DNA of 64,000 nucleotides from Antedon mediterranea (GCF_964355755.1 NC_092680.1:5952001-6016000); one strand, 5' to 3'. Positions 39,901 through 51,362 are shown, counted from the first letter of the stretch. A program made the numbers and translations. Notes: generated by a model not told the origin, from the sequence alone.

Positions 39901-42900
39901 TCCAGCTATTGCTGATCATTAGGAACCCTCAGAGGTTCACAAGACAAACATTATACACAAGATGCTCTATATAAACAAAGTCTTAATTACAAGTCTTTGG
40001 GAGTGGAGTAATTTGGTCCTTAGAAAAAATCCTGACATGTGACGGGACTTGAACCCAGGACCCTTGGAGTGGTAGCCAAGCATCATAACCACCAAGCCAC
40101 TCCTTAAATAGAATATATAGACAAAACTTTAGTTGTCATATTCCATGCTATTTTCCTAGTCTGTTATTATGTACAAGTCTCTCTTATGTGATTGGATTGT
40201 TTTTTGGGTCATACAGTAGATGTTGATAAACAATATTGAATACTTTAATCTTGGAGATTATACATCCATGCTTTAATGCTATCAATAAAACATTGAATTT
40301 ACTGATGTGTCAAAAAAGTATTAAATATGTAAGTTGTATGGTTATTGAACCTTGGACAGTTATTAAAATATTATGATGCATTCACAAGTAATGCTAATTT
40401 GTCTTACAAAACTTGTAATTAAATATTTAATATTTAAACTTTCAACCAATGCCCATGCTTGGTCATTCTATCTCTTATAGCCTTATCTACACTATCAAGG
40501 TTTATGTTAAAAAAAATGTGATGTGCCCATATATGAACAGGATGATGTCATATCACTACCATATTTGGGCATATCACTACTATATTTGGGCACATCACAC
40601 ATTTTTCACTAGTTTGATAGTGTAGACAGAGCTTTCAAGTTCAAGTTAAATAAAACATTTATTTGTTCAATAATGACATATTAGAGCATTTATTTTGATA
40701 ATTATAAACTACCCTGGCCAATACATTGAAATTGAAAAAAATAGCAACTGTATTATATTACAGATACTACATCTGTTTATATATTGATCCAATTCTATCT
40801 AAACATGTTGGCAGTAGACATCATGTTTACTAAAACCTCTTTGTGGATGTGTATAAAAATTAAATGTTGCGGATAACTATAACAGCACATTTAAAGTTGG
40901 ATAATTATATTTGGATGAGATTATTTAAATGGTATAAATTTAAGAGAGTTCTTAATGTTTTAAATTTGGGTGTGAGTGTGACCCAGTTTAAATTGTAGAC
41001 TGTGTGACACTGCCTATAGCCACTAGGCACAATTCAGTACATATTAATCGTAAGTGGTGGTACCATGTTATCTTCTTATAACTAATACCTTAAATATCTA
41101 TTTCATTTCTTTCCTTACGCTGCTATACTAGTCCCGACTATGGACTCGATGGCAAAAGGTTATTATGAGGCTGACATTAATAAAAGTGTTTTTTATTTTA
41201 TATATTAAAAATGTTTTTATTTCAGTGTTATTGTATTAATATCAGATGTATTGTGAGATGTTTGGATTGTAGTGCTCAATGTTGCTGCCCCTATAAACAA
41301 ATTCTAAGCATAAATTGTAATAAAAATTGTTTTCTCCACAAAATAAATTGTTTTGATTTTGTCCCTCCTCTTTCAAGAGAGTATTTTTGTACCATCAGTC
41401 AAAATTTCAAATGTACTGTAGCTTAACCTTGGTAATTTGTGTTATTGTGATATATGTTTGATGTGTTTTATACTAATATAATTCCAAATTCAGTAATTTA
41501 CCTTTTTAAGTTTATCCGTGTCTTTTTTTTCAGCTTTCTCAGTGTGTTCTGTATTATTGTAAATGTTCATTATTTTCCTTTTATATTCTTGTCCTTCTGT
41601 CACTTTTTATCTATCTCGTTCTATTGTCTATTTTTGTAGTACTTTATTCTTGTTCCAATACAATTTCAAACACTAGTACAGTGTACACTGTATTAAGCTC
41701 TGTCTACACTATCAAACTAGTTTGACAACAAAAATGTGATGTTCCCAAATATGGTAGTGATATGCTCAAATATGGTAGTGATATGACATCATCATGTCCA
41801 TATATGGGAACATCACATGTTGTTGTTACATATAGTTTGGTAGCTACAGAGCTTTCCTGTATAGTGTAAATTACTGTGTAATTTTTACACGTTCCCTATC
41901 CGAAAAATATTTTATGTCACCTTTATCCTGGCCCTAAACTACATAATTTGAATCACTACAGTAACTGATGAGTGACGGTTAAGATTTCATTTAAATTAAT
42001 TGAGATAAAATATTTTCCTTCGAAGTCCATAATAAATGGCATGCCGATGCTTTTGTTCTTTTTTTGGTAAGATGTTGCGTTATTTCGTTGAATATAAATG
42101 CACTGTCAAACGTTTAAATATGTATTAATTTTGATTCCTTTGCAAATAATACTCACACCTCCCTGCTATCTTCGTTATTTTCTTTTTAAAGTGTGTTTTG
42201 TCTTAAAAGCTTTGCTGAATTCTGTAGCTGTATTGTGCTATTTGCTCATTCATGTGTTGTTGTAAATGGTTTAATCATTTATATTTAATTTGTTTGTGTC
42301 TTTTAGTCCCCAGATGGAGAGGAACAACCAAGTACAGAGGTTGACCTATCCATATCGATGGATAAAATTCGCGTATTGAACGCGGACACTCAGGTGAGAT
42401 GCTTATATTCTTCTGTTTTGTATCATCATACACAGAGAGGCATGTTTTTCCAGTTCATTCATGTCAACATGACCATGTCTTTACTGCTTGGATTGAAGTA
42501 CACCAACATAAAGCTCTGTCTACACTATCAAATATTTTGACAAAAAAGTGTGATGTTCCCAAATATGGTAGTGATATGCTCAAATATGGTAGTGATATGA
42601 CATCATGTCCATATGGGCATAGCACACTATACATCGCACATCGACTATAGTCGATTTTCGGTAATGTTTCTATAATTTTTAAAGTTAGGCACATTTCTAG
42701 ATATGTGTATGCCTATCTAAATAAAGCTCTGTCTATACTATCAAACTAATTTGACAAAATGTGCCCAAATATGGTAGTGATATGCTCAAATATGGAGGTG
42801 ATATGACATCATCATGTCCATGGGCATATCAATTTTTGTAAACATAATGTTTGATAGTGTAGACAAAGCTTAAAAATATCTTAAAATCATACTTGGGTTG

Positions 42901-45900
42901 TTATAATTTGAAAGTGGGAAAAAAACTAGTTGATAATTCCTATGCACTCCAATAGACACTTTCTTTTGTAGATGCATCTTCCCCCAGTAAAATTTTAGAA
43001 GGGTTCAAAATTGAACTAAAATGTTAGTGTTAAGAATTAAAATAATAAGTGTCAATTAGCAGTACTGTATACTGTGTCAGTGGCAAGAGTCCAAGCTAAA
43101 TTATATTCAAATCAATACCAAACCAGATGTTTGTGTTCAACAAGTATTGGGATGTTGAAATAACAAATGTCAAATATAATTTCTCTAAGGGCAAATATGC
43201 ACTTCATATTGCTAACTTACAAACATAGATTACAGTGTACTTTAGAAACGGAGTCAATGTAGTCGTGATTTTGCAGTTGCTGTCCTTTTTGGAGAATTTT
43301 GAGTATGGGCTGTGATTTTAATATGGGTAATATGTTTGCCCTATCTGCAACCATCTCAAAGTGCATTAGACTAGATGTTACATACTGTGGATGTATATTA
43401 GGTTTTTTTAAGTGCACATGAGCCAGATGTGTACACTGGAGTGCCAGTTATAAATCCTTCTCTGAAAACATGTTCTACCACCAGAATTATATTAGAGTAG
43501 AGCCTTTGACCTGTGCCGATTTTATGGCTATGGTTTGTGGCACTGGCATTAATCGTCTCGACTATTACATGCACTCTTCATTCATATTATTTGATTATTT
43601 ATAATTTTTAGGAGACAATGATGGACCATCCTTTGAAGACCATATCCTACATTGCTGACATAGGCAACATAGTGGTGATAATGGCAAGAAGACGAGCTGT
43701 GTCAAAGACACTAGGAGAAGCTCTGGAAGAGAGTGGTGTATCCATGGATGCAGAAGGACGTGCCCAGCCTAGGAAGATCATATGCCATGTGTTTGAAACC
43801 GAAGATGTAAGTATGGGATTCATAAAGCTTGGTTTTCACTAGCGACGCAACGCAAGGACGTGATGCAACGTATATGATTTGACCAATCACAAGCGATGGA
43901 TTATTCGACCTGTCGCTTATCATTGGTCAACACGGTTGCGTTGCATTTACGTCCTTGCGTTACCTCCTAGTGGGAACCACGCTTTAGAGGCAGAGTTAGT
44001 TGATCTTGTTTCGTCCGTTTGGGACTTAGGCCCATAGCAAAGTGTTGAACTGACAGAGTTGTTTAACCCGTGACGGCGGGGAAAATTTGTACAGCAATTC
44101 AGTTTGCTTATGTTTAATCCTGTAACCATCACAGGTTTTGTTATGTTAAACTGTATTGACGAAATAAATGAAATTAAAAGTTGCCAGACATCTGAGGGCT
44201 TTAATGGATCAGAATATCGGGGTAACCTCCTACTCTTCCCGAAATATTTACTAAACAAATGTGTGCACAGGACATCAAGACATCATCTGAGAAGACTTGT
44301 ACATGACCAAGCAATGCCTTGGACCTTTGTCGATATTATTTCTGTCATTTGCATTCCAGTACCCCTGTATTTACTGCTTGGCCACTCAACACTGAGCATA
44401 GGGAAAGGTATATTCTTTTCAAATAACTTGGAACAGTTCATCTTAAGAAAGATGGTATTGCCACTATGTTAGCCAAGAACATCTTTGACTATCTTCTGTA
44501 AGAGTAATGTTTTTACACTGAGAGAGTTGATTCAACTCAATTTAGTTTTTATATTCGTATGCTGTTTATAAATGTACCTGTTAGTGTTAACGAGGGTTTT
44601 ATTGGTATTCTATAACTTATTTGTGGTTGATAGCAAATCACTCTTATTAGATCCCATATTTCATTTTGATTAATTATTATGACTGCATTATATTCAATTC
44701 ACACATAAACAAGAGATAGAAAATTCACAAAACGCTGTAACTATTACCTATCTCATATATTATAGTACCCTTGAGTGATAGCCTAGCAACAAATGTAATC
44801 TTTGCAACTTCAACGATAACAAAAATAAGTAGCTTGTAACAGAATTGTCAGAAAATTAATCAGCTGTGAATAAGAATAGTATTTATGTTGATTCACTTGA
44901 TTTCTTTTTCTAAGATAATATTTAAATGTGTCAACTTTCAGTCATAATTTTAGAGTCAATGTGAATAGAGCTTTAGTTTTATCAGTTCATAAACTTAATA
45001 ATTCAAGAATTCTAGCATGAGCGTTTATAATGATGTTGAAAATGCATTTTTCTATCAGTATAAATTAAATTTAATAGAATGTTAAGGAATAATTTGAGCG
45101 CGTTATTATAATCCGATAATATGTTTCAAAAACAAAAGGCAGGTGAAGTATTATCATTGTTTAGTAAGCACATTTACAATTGCTACTCCATAAAGATGTT
45201 TTTTAATACATATTGTAATCTTTGTTGTTATCCCGCAAACAAGGCTACCAGAGGACAAACCTAATAATACTTATATTTATGTCGACAGGCTCAGTTAATT
45301 GCACAGACTATTGGCCAAGCGTTCTCGATAGCGTACTTAGAGTTTTTGAAGCAAAATGGGATAGACGACCCGGCAGTTTATGAGATGGATTACCAAGATG
45401 TATTGAATTCCCAGGAGATATATGGCGATGATCTTATGCTGTTTTCTAACAAAGAATGTGAAAAAGAGGTAAGTTGGAGAGATATTGATATGTGATGATG
45501 ATCGTACAGTACGGATGTCTTACTGTAGTTTTTTTTTAATGTTTCTATACTATTTAAGGCTCTTTGAATTTGTTATTACTGTATTTCCTTTTTATACTGG
45601 GTGACTTCTTCATTTGAAGATTTCTTCCAGAGAGGCCAGTGTACTGGACTATGATGAGTAAAGGGTGTGACAGTGGCTGTGTGAGTTACACCTGAGTAAC
45701 CCAGTACACCTGGGTAACCCAGTACACCGAGGTACCCCCTACTCGTCTAAAAAAATGTACTACTAGGTTTTTTAATGTGCACATGGGCTAGATGTGTACA
45801 CTGGACCTATAGCTTATAGCCCTTATGTGAGAAGACTCATTCTACCACCAAAACGGCTTTAATCAGCAAAGAAAGGGAGGGGTGAGGTTTGTTCAAACCC

Positions 45901-48900
45901 ATCGTTAGAAGTGTCTATTCCAAAGTGTGGGATGATGAGTCAGTATTATAGTAATATATAAATTTACTGGCACAGAATGAATTCTAAATTACGAGAGCCA
46001 GGAAAGTAACAATGCGAAGCTGCATAAATGTCCTAATACGCAATGTGGTCAAAATTGTATAATAATTTTTGAAGTCATTAGTTGCATTAAAAGAAAGACG
46101 TTACTTAGCTTTATGATAATGAAGATTTATTTTACAGACATATTACTCAGCTTAAAATGAATCAATCAACCTTAATGTATTTTGATACACTGCACAAGTA
46201 TTAATTTTTTTGATGTTGTCAATATCTCATTTATTGTACAGGTGGCAGTCAGTCACCTTTTACAGGACAATCACACACGATTCACTGAGATAATAAATGC
46301 AGTAGTTGTATTACCCAGACAGTTATATTTTTTTTGGTACTAAATGATTGTTTTTTGTATAACTGTATTTAAAATTAACCTTATAAAAAACGCATACATT
46401 AGAACAGCATTAATGGATTAAACCAAAACAAGTAAACTTGAATATGGAACAGTGTTTAGTTACGTTAAGCGTGGTTCCCACTAGCGACGCAACACAAGGA
46501 CGTAACGCAACGCAAGTGAATTGACCAATCACAAGCGATGGCTTATTCGCTTGTGATTGCTAACTGTCTATAACTTCGCTTGTCATTGGTTAAAATGCTT
46601 GCGTTGCGTTTACGTCCTTGTGTTACCTTCTAGTGGGAACCAAGCTTTAAGTGGCGTAAGTGCTGTACCACCATGGTTCTTAACAAAGGTCTTTCTATGT
46701 TTAGTAAGGTTTTTGGAATCTCTTTGACATCTAGGATGTTTTTCCGCAAACCTTCCAGGTTTCCTGAGGTCCCAATTTCATCATTTTAATTCATTATTTG
46801 TACATACTTTACTATTTTCACTTAATTTGATAATGAATAAACATATTCATATTCTATATGGTTCCTATACCTTTATATCATAATAATTGTTGTACATACT
46901 ATACTATTTTCACTGGATTTGATGATAATATAAATAAACATATTGATATTCTATTACATAGTTGTATACCTTCTTTATATCATAATAATTGTTGTACATA
47001 CTATACTATTTTCACTGGATTTGATGATAATATAAATAAACATATTGATATTCTATTCAACTATAGTTGTATACCTTCTTTATATCATAATAATTCCTAA
47101 TCATTATTTTAAATATTGTTACAATTGACTGTTGTACTTATAGCCACGATATTATCATATTTAACCCCATTTATTTATAAAAATGAGAAAGACTTTACAA
47201 AATGTTTAATATACATTATGTAAAATTATATCAATTATTTGTTGTTTTTAATAACACATATATGTATATATATATAAATCCAAAGGCAAATTACTGAAAA
47301 AAATGACAATGCTGTGGGTATCAGTGGCTGGATCTCAATGGAGATACAAAAATAAAAAGCGAAAAGTTAAATCAAAACGATAAAGTAAACAGCCAGAAAA
47401 GTTAGCAGAGCTTTCGGGCAACACTAGCCCTTCATCAGTGCAAGTATATATGTCAGTGCATGTATATATATATAAATGTACACAATATGTTAAATCTTTT
47501 TATGCATCTGAAAGTGTCTTATAAACATCCTTGATCATTAGTAAGCTTTACGCCTATTTCAATTTAGTACCCATTAGTCCTACGAGCGTGTTAATATACC
47601 ACCTACCCTGCACGCTTTTCACCAGAGATGTGATTAACACACACATACGTAAGCGTAACTCTTAATCAAAATTGAATTAACATACCGAAACTAGATCTGA
47701 TTCCTTGTCTTGTGTGCTTCGGTATTATAAAAGGTGTAATCAGGTATAAGGAGGATAGATCGTAAATCGTTAAGCCTGTCTCCGTTGGCGCGTGAGTGAT
47801 TGGATTTACGTGTGCTACGAAGGGTGTTCGTGAGGTGATTAATTTTCTGAACAGTTTTGTTGTGATATTTTGTGGACAGGTTATATATTCTGTCTGCTGG
47901 CTGTGATTTAAAATCCTATTTATTTAAGCTAATTTAATTTGTGTTTGCAATTTCAGTCTACTTTCTAATTTATTGGCCATTTTAGGTAAACGTTTATTTA
48001 AGAAATAATTCACAGGTTTCAGTAATCTTAATTGTAAGTAATCTGTTAAATATTAAAGTTTATGTTGAATAAACTAATTACTTGCATAAATGTTTGTATG
48101 GTGTCTCACCAGTATACAGAGTGAAGGCAGGTACATGATCATACATTTATAAAGTACAGAACAACTACTGAAGCTTGGTTCCCACTAGAACGTAACGCAA
48201 GGACGTAAACGCAACGCAAGCGTTTTAACCAATGACAAGCGAAGTTATAGACAGTTAGCAATCACAAGCAAATAAGCCATCGCTTGTGATTGGTCAATTC
48301 ACTTGCTTTGCGTTACGTCCTTGTGTTGCGTCGCTAGTGGGAACCACGCTTAAGAGGACAACCTTTGAAACCCAACAAAGTGTTCCCTTAAAAGGGGTTG
48401 ACTGTATGGTATTACAACATTATATTGCCCCCTCATGAGTTTCAAAAGTGTCCCCTTAAAAGAGGTGTCCCCTAAAGGAGGGTTTCTACTGTATGTCCTT
48501 CAATGTAGAAACAATCACATACACTCTGTCTTACAATCATGTACAGTGTATTATACTTACATGTACTGTGTATAAAGTACAACCTTTCTATTCAGTGGAT
48601 GGATTTTACTGTGTATATATATTCTGATATTTGTTATGAATTTTTAAGAAGGCACTTTCCTGTGAAATGAACAAGGGGCACCAATACAAACATTTTAACT
48701 GTGTGGCTGTGCACTATGATATGGATAAATAAATTCCATGCAACTATCGAACAATATTTCTTTTTTCCCTAGATCCTCGTAAACAAAGAGCGTGGTGAGA
48801 ACATGGGAGTGGTGATAGTAGAATCTGGTTGGGGATCATTAATACCTACAGTAGTATTGGCTAACATGTCACCATTTGGGGCAGCTGCTAGATGTGGAAA

Positions 48901-50851
48901 GCTCAACATTGGTGATCAGATAATGTCCATCAATGGAACTAGCTGCGTAGGTTTACCACTGGAGAAGTGTCAACAACTTATTAAGGTAGGACACGAAACT
49001 GGGCTGACTTTTGGGGTGGAAATATATCTGGGGAACCGCTGGTTCAGAAGAAGAATTATTGGTTAGCAGTAAAAACTCACCTGAACTGGCTAGAGAGAGG
49101 CCTAAATCCAGACCAAAAGTCAATACAGGGACTGTACCCGGGGATATGCATGTTTGTGAAATAAGACGTATAGTAGGGGTGGAATTAGACCCGAAGTGGG
49201 ATTACCCAAGGATATAAATTGTATTATTTTATATTTCTTGTAACCACAATTCAGATATAAAAAAAATGGAGTTCTGGACAAAAACCAATTGATTTTGAAT
49301 ACTGGTATTGAGGCTTAGATCATATATTTAGTTTGATGTTGGATTTTGTATTGGTTCGATATGTGCATGTGCATATTTATTAATTTATTTATTCTGTCTT
49401 TATACTGAATGACACTTTCAGTGCTAAAACATTGATTGAAGTGGTTCAGTATAGTATGTTGGTATCCATATATATTAACAAAATACTACTTGTTCTTTCA
49501 GTCATTGAAAAGCCAAGCACTTGTGAAATTCAACATAGTATCATGTCCTCCAGTTACACAAGTATTGGTCAAACGTCCAGATACACGATATCAACTGGGC
49601 TTTAGTGTACAGAATGGAACAGTAAGTGAACTTCATTGATGTTTAACAACAGCAAACGATGTTTATACTTAGTACAGGACAAGATTATCTTGTCAAATTA
49701 TCAAGAAAAAAACAACTTTCGGACAATCTTGAAGAATCAAGACCATTTCTGGAGACATAAAATAATCTTGATTTATCAAGAGAAGTTTTGAAGACAGCAT
49801 GTGTTATTGGGCAATCTTGATAAAGTCATTGAGACTACATACAGGCACGGTTCGAATCCGGTTCCGGCAAATCAAATCGATCTTCAATGCTTCATTTTCA
49901 CACGGCTATGCGCATATTGATTGGAGCATAGCCGCATGGAGCTTTATGAAAACGAAACACTGACGTTCGACTTGATTTTTCGGCGCCGGACCGGAACCGT
50001 GCTGAAACAGACCCTTAATCCTGAAGATTTAAAAGCATTCCATTGACTCCAGACAATCTTGAACAGTCAAGAGAATTGCACTGAGATCTACTGTGTGTAC
50101 TAAACTTCATATTTTCCTATCCTAATCTTATTTTCTTGTTCTTTTATTAGATATGTAGTTTAATGCGAGGAGGTATTGCTGAGAGGGGAGGAGTAAGAGT
50201 CGGTCACAGGATTATTGAGATCAATGGTAGTAGTGTTGTGGCTGTTTCACATGAGAAAATTGTAGAAATGCTCTCAAATTCAGTGGGAGAGGTAATATAA
50301 AAGCATCTGTTTTTAAATGCCTTGCCTACAGGCAATCTACAAAATTAGTGTCACCTTAATAGGATGTTTACTTTACTTACTTACTTGTTTCCAGAGCTCA
50401 GCATTTGCAGGATCCGGAGTCGAGGCTAGGCTATGCCTATAAGCCCCTCTTTTTACCTGAATAGGAGTTGGTTGCAGTGTTGGTTTATACTAAAGAGTGT
50501 CCCATAAATTAGGGTCTCTTGAATATGGGTAGCCTAAAGCAGGGATTCTTCTGTACACTGCAGTATGATAACATGACACTTTCTAGCTGTGCATCTACTT
50601 ATTGTAGACAAATAATAATGATAAAAATGTAAAATTCTGTCATACAGGTATATTAATTTAGAAACAAGATTGCTATTATGCTATGTATAACACTGATGAT
50701 ATACTTTGTGTACAGTCTCTTCCATATTGCCTATCCGCTAATGTGTTATTTAATTTGATATTGTTTATTTTATCTTCAGATTCGTATGAAGACGATGCCA
50801 TTGTCAATGTACAGATTACTAACAGGACAAGAACTTCCTGTATACATTTGA
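13726..50851 (+). CDS. APBA: Mint/X11/LIN-10 family adaptor (APBA). Spliced CDS join(13726..16700,19470..19698,20243..20282,36721..36866,42307..42393,43612..43806,45289..45468,48773..48985,49502..49621,50151..50291,50780..50851), 4398 nt, 1465 aa
   Basis: All junctions are GT-AG with matching phases. PTB motifs: [71 protein letters not shown]1: [20 protein letters not shown]2: [35 protein letters not shown]-terminus [14 protein letters not shown] is the Mint signature. Confidence 0.95.
18995..19290. mobile_element. Inverted-repeat element enclosing a tRNA-like segment
   Basis: TTTTCGTACATAAGTTGGGGACC ... GGTCCCCAACTTATGTACGAAAA; internal TAGTCGAATGG..GGGTTCGAATCCC and GGGTTAGGTTTAG. Confidence 0.55.
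19470..19698 (+). CDS. APBA: APBA exon ([12 protein letters not shown]...QAPDTMR)
   Basis: Acceptor gatag|A (phase 2), open frame, donor AGA|gtaagt. Confidence 0.85.
20243..20282 (+). CDS. APBA: APBA 40-nt exon ([13 protein letters not shown])
   Basis: ttctttcag|GCA...GAA T|gtgagt; supplies the phase 0 to 1 change needed for the next exon. Confidence 0.8.
24249..24693 (+). mobile_element. 5S rRNA-headed composite SINE (5S, tRNA-like, CORE/Meta-like, Deu/Nin domain, ACCTTT tail)
   Basis: CACCGGTTCTCGTCAGATCACCGAAGTTAAGCAA..GGGCCCGGTT..TGGATGGGAGACCG is 5S-like; then GTGTAATGG..GTTCGA; CCTTAGGCAAGATGCTTTAC; CCTTCGGATGGGATGTAAAGCCGTTGGTCCC..TTCGAAAAGAGTAGGGG; tail acctttacctttacctt. Confidence 0.75.
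28910..29705. repeat. Degenerate tandem repeat, ~200-290 bp x3
   Basis: GTGCAATAGTACCTTTAAAATGGGA recurs at ~28967, 29159 and 29450. Confidence 0.8.
31549..31850 (-). mobile_element. Second copy of the 53499 SINE
   Basis: Reverse complement aligns across the full length. Confidence 0.8.
34896..35053. mobile_element. High-copy ~155-bp Harbinger-type MITE family H1, representative copy
   Basis: TTA|AGCTATGTCTACACTATCAAACT...AGTTTGATAGTGTAGACAGAGCT|TTA, with internal CCAAATATGGTAGTGATATG repeats. About 15 copies: also ~5551-5704, 9700-9864, 25545-25702, 30532-30665, 32490-32640, 35371-35529, 36030-36181, 40479-40633, 41696-41853, 42512-42618, 42725-42870, 59023-59134, 62065-62145, 62347-62503. 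Confidence 0.9.
35371..35529. mobile_element. MITE H1 copy (opposite orientation to 34896)
   Basis: Same TIRs; TTA flanks. Confidence 0.88.
35925..36277. mobile_element. CA..TG TIR element (P-like) carrying a nested H1 MITE
   Basis: CATAGCATAAGC...GCTTATGCTATG; flanks TATTTTA/TATAATA. The same left arm joined to H1 recurs at ~42618-42870. Confidence 0.55.
36721..36866 (+). CDS. APBA: APBA exon, start of PTB domain
   Basis: [48 protein letters not shown]; flanked by cgtag| and |gtgagg. Confidence 0.95.
39655..39812 (+). mobile_element. 3' fragment of the 53499 SINE family
   Basis: caactttgcgctgattactagctgcatta..gtttccatacgtgtttgatcc..gcgctata, then (tat)n. Confidence 0.65.
39885..40101 (-). 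mobile_element. tRNA-headed SINE family B, copy 2
   Basis: Pol III A/B boxes on the minus strand; A-rich tail at ~39845-39885. Confidence 0.72.
41132..41158 (+). CDS. APBA: Candidate 27-nt alternative microexon in the PTB domain (SRLWTRWQK)
   Basis: Pyrimidine tract, then TGC, then ctag|TCC...AAG|gttatt. Symmetric phase 0, no stop, at the position of the basic insert of vertebrate Mint1/2. Confidence 0.6.
41696..41853. mobile_element. MITE H1 copy
   Basis: AGCTCTGTCTACACTATCAAACTAGTTTGACAAC... Confidence 0.85.
42307..42393 (+). CDS. APBA: APBA PTB exon
   Basis: [29 protein letters not shown]; flanked by tttag| and |gtgaga. Confidence 0.95.
43612..43806 (+). CDS. APBA: APBA PTB exon
   Basis: [28 protein letters not shown]...ICHVFETED; donor |gtaagt. 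Confidence 0.95.
43826..43983. mobile_element. MITE H2, more diverged copy 20 bp downstream of an APBA donor
   Basis: AGCTTGGTTTTCACTAGCGACGCAACGCAAGGACG...CTAGTGGGAACCACGCT|TTA. Confidence 0.8.
45289..45468 (+). CDS. APBA: APBA exon, PTB C-terminal helix and linker
   Basis: [25 protein letters not shown]...[19 protein letters not shown]; donor |gtaagt. Confidence 0.95.
45590..45852 (-). mobile_element. Degenerate Deu/Nin-like SINE family C (related pieces at 38540-38760, 43380-43575, tRNA head at 53855-53955)
   Basis: Shared aagtgcacatgagccagatgtgtacactgga..tctaccaccagaa block; tRNA-like head GAGTGGCCGAGCGGTTAAGAC..GGTTCGAGGC on the minus strand at 53870-53955. Confidence 0.55.
46468..46646. 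mobile_element. PIF/Harbinger-type MITE family H2
   Basis: TTA|AGCGTGGTTCCCACTAG...CTAGTGGGAACCAAGCT|TTA. Confidence 0.85.
46797..47095. repeat. Tandem repeat, ~95-105 bp x3
   Basis: TTGTACATAC..ACTATTTTCACT..TTTGAT..AATAAACATATT units. Confidence 0.85.
47279..47445 (-). mobile_element. Penelope-like element pLTR fragment with hammerhead (other copies 1724-1882 and, in opposite orientation without the hammerhead, 53970-54072)
   Basis: Three alignable copies; two end in a hammerhead core on the minus strand. Confidence 0.65.
47405..47441 (-). ncRNA. Minimal type I hammerhead ribozyme (Penelope-type)
   Basis: Minus strand: GCA CUGAUGA A GGGC uaguguu GCCC GAAA GC UC UGC. Conserved cores, 4-bp stem II, 3-bp stem I, palindromic AGCU in place of stem III. 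Confidence 0.72.
48172..48350. mobile_element. MITE H2, inverted near-identical copy
   Basis: Reverse complement of 46468-46646. Confidence 0.85.
48773..48985 (+). CDS. APBA: APBA PDZ1 exon
   Basis: [32 protein letters not shown]...[14 protein letters not shown]. Confidence 0.95.
49502..49621 (+). CDS. APBA: APBA PDZ1/PDZ2 junction exon
   Basis: [40 protein letters not shown]; donor |gtaagt. Confidence 0.95.
49843..50018. mobile_element. Palindromic MITE (second diverged copy 17385-17550)
   Basis: GCACGGTTCG..TTTTCACACGGCTATGCG / GCATAGCCGCATG..TGAAAACGAA..CCGGAACCGTGC..ACCCTTAA. Confidence 0.6.
50151..50291 (+). CDS. APBA: APBA PDZ2 exon
   Basis: [47 protein letters not shown]. Confidence 0.95.
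50780..50851 (+). CDS. APBA: APBA terminal coding exon
   Basis: ttcag|[23 protein letters not shown] then TGA. Confidence 0.95.
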   Translation: MRMKTMPLSMYRLLTGQELPVYI

Positions 50852-51060
50852 AAAATGTATTTATCAAAAAGGAAAAATATTATACAAACTTCAAAATACA
50901 GCATACATTAACCATGATTGGTTGTATCTGTATTGTGGTCTGTATAGGATCCTTCCCAGGAACACTAACAATGACAGTTGTATTGTGATCTGTCATCATA
51001 TACAGTATCAGATCCATTGAATACATCATACATTACATCCATTTACTGCTTGCACACAGT

Positions 51061-51362
51061 AGATCCATCGCAGGAACAAATTATGTGTGTGTTGTCTGCA
51101 GTCATAAAATAGATCCATCACAGGAACACATGTTGTGTTGTAGTCTGCTAACATAAAATAGATCCATCATAGGAACAAATATTGTGTTGTCGTCTGCTGA
51201 CCTTAAAAAAATCCATCAGGAAAAAAATTATATTTGTGTGGTCTGACTGGCATGTATCAGATCTTTGCAGAAACATATTACATTGTTCTTGTGTGGCTGG
51301 CATACAATTAATCCATTGCAGGAACAACTTGTCTGCTGGCATACAATGGATCCCTTGCAAGT
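51061..51362. repeat. Degenerate ~49-bp tandem repeat in the APBA 3' UTR region
   Basis: AGATCCATC..AGGAACA..TGTGTTGT..TCTGC..CATA units, 6-7 copies. Confidence 0.7.
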
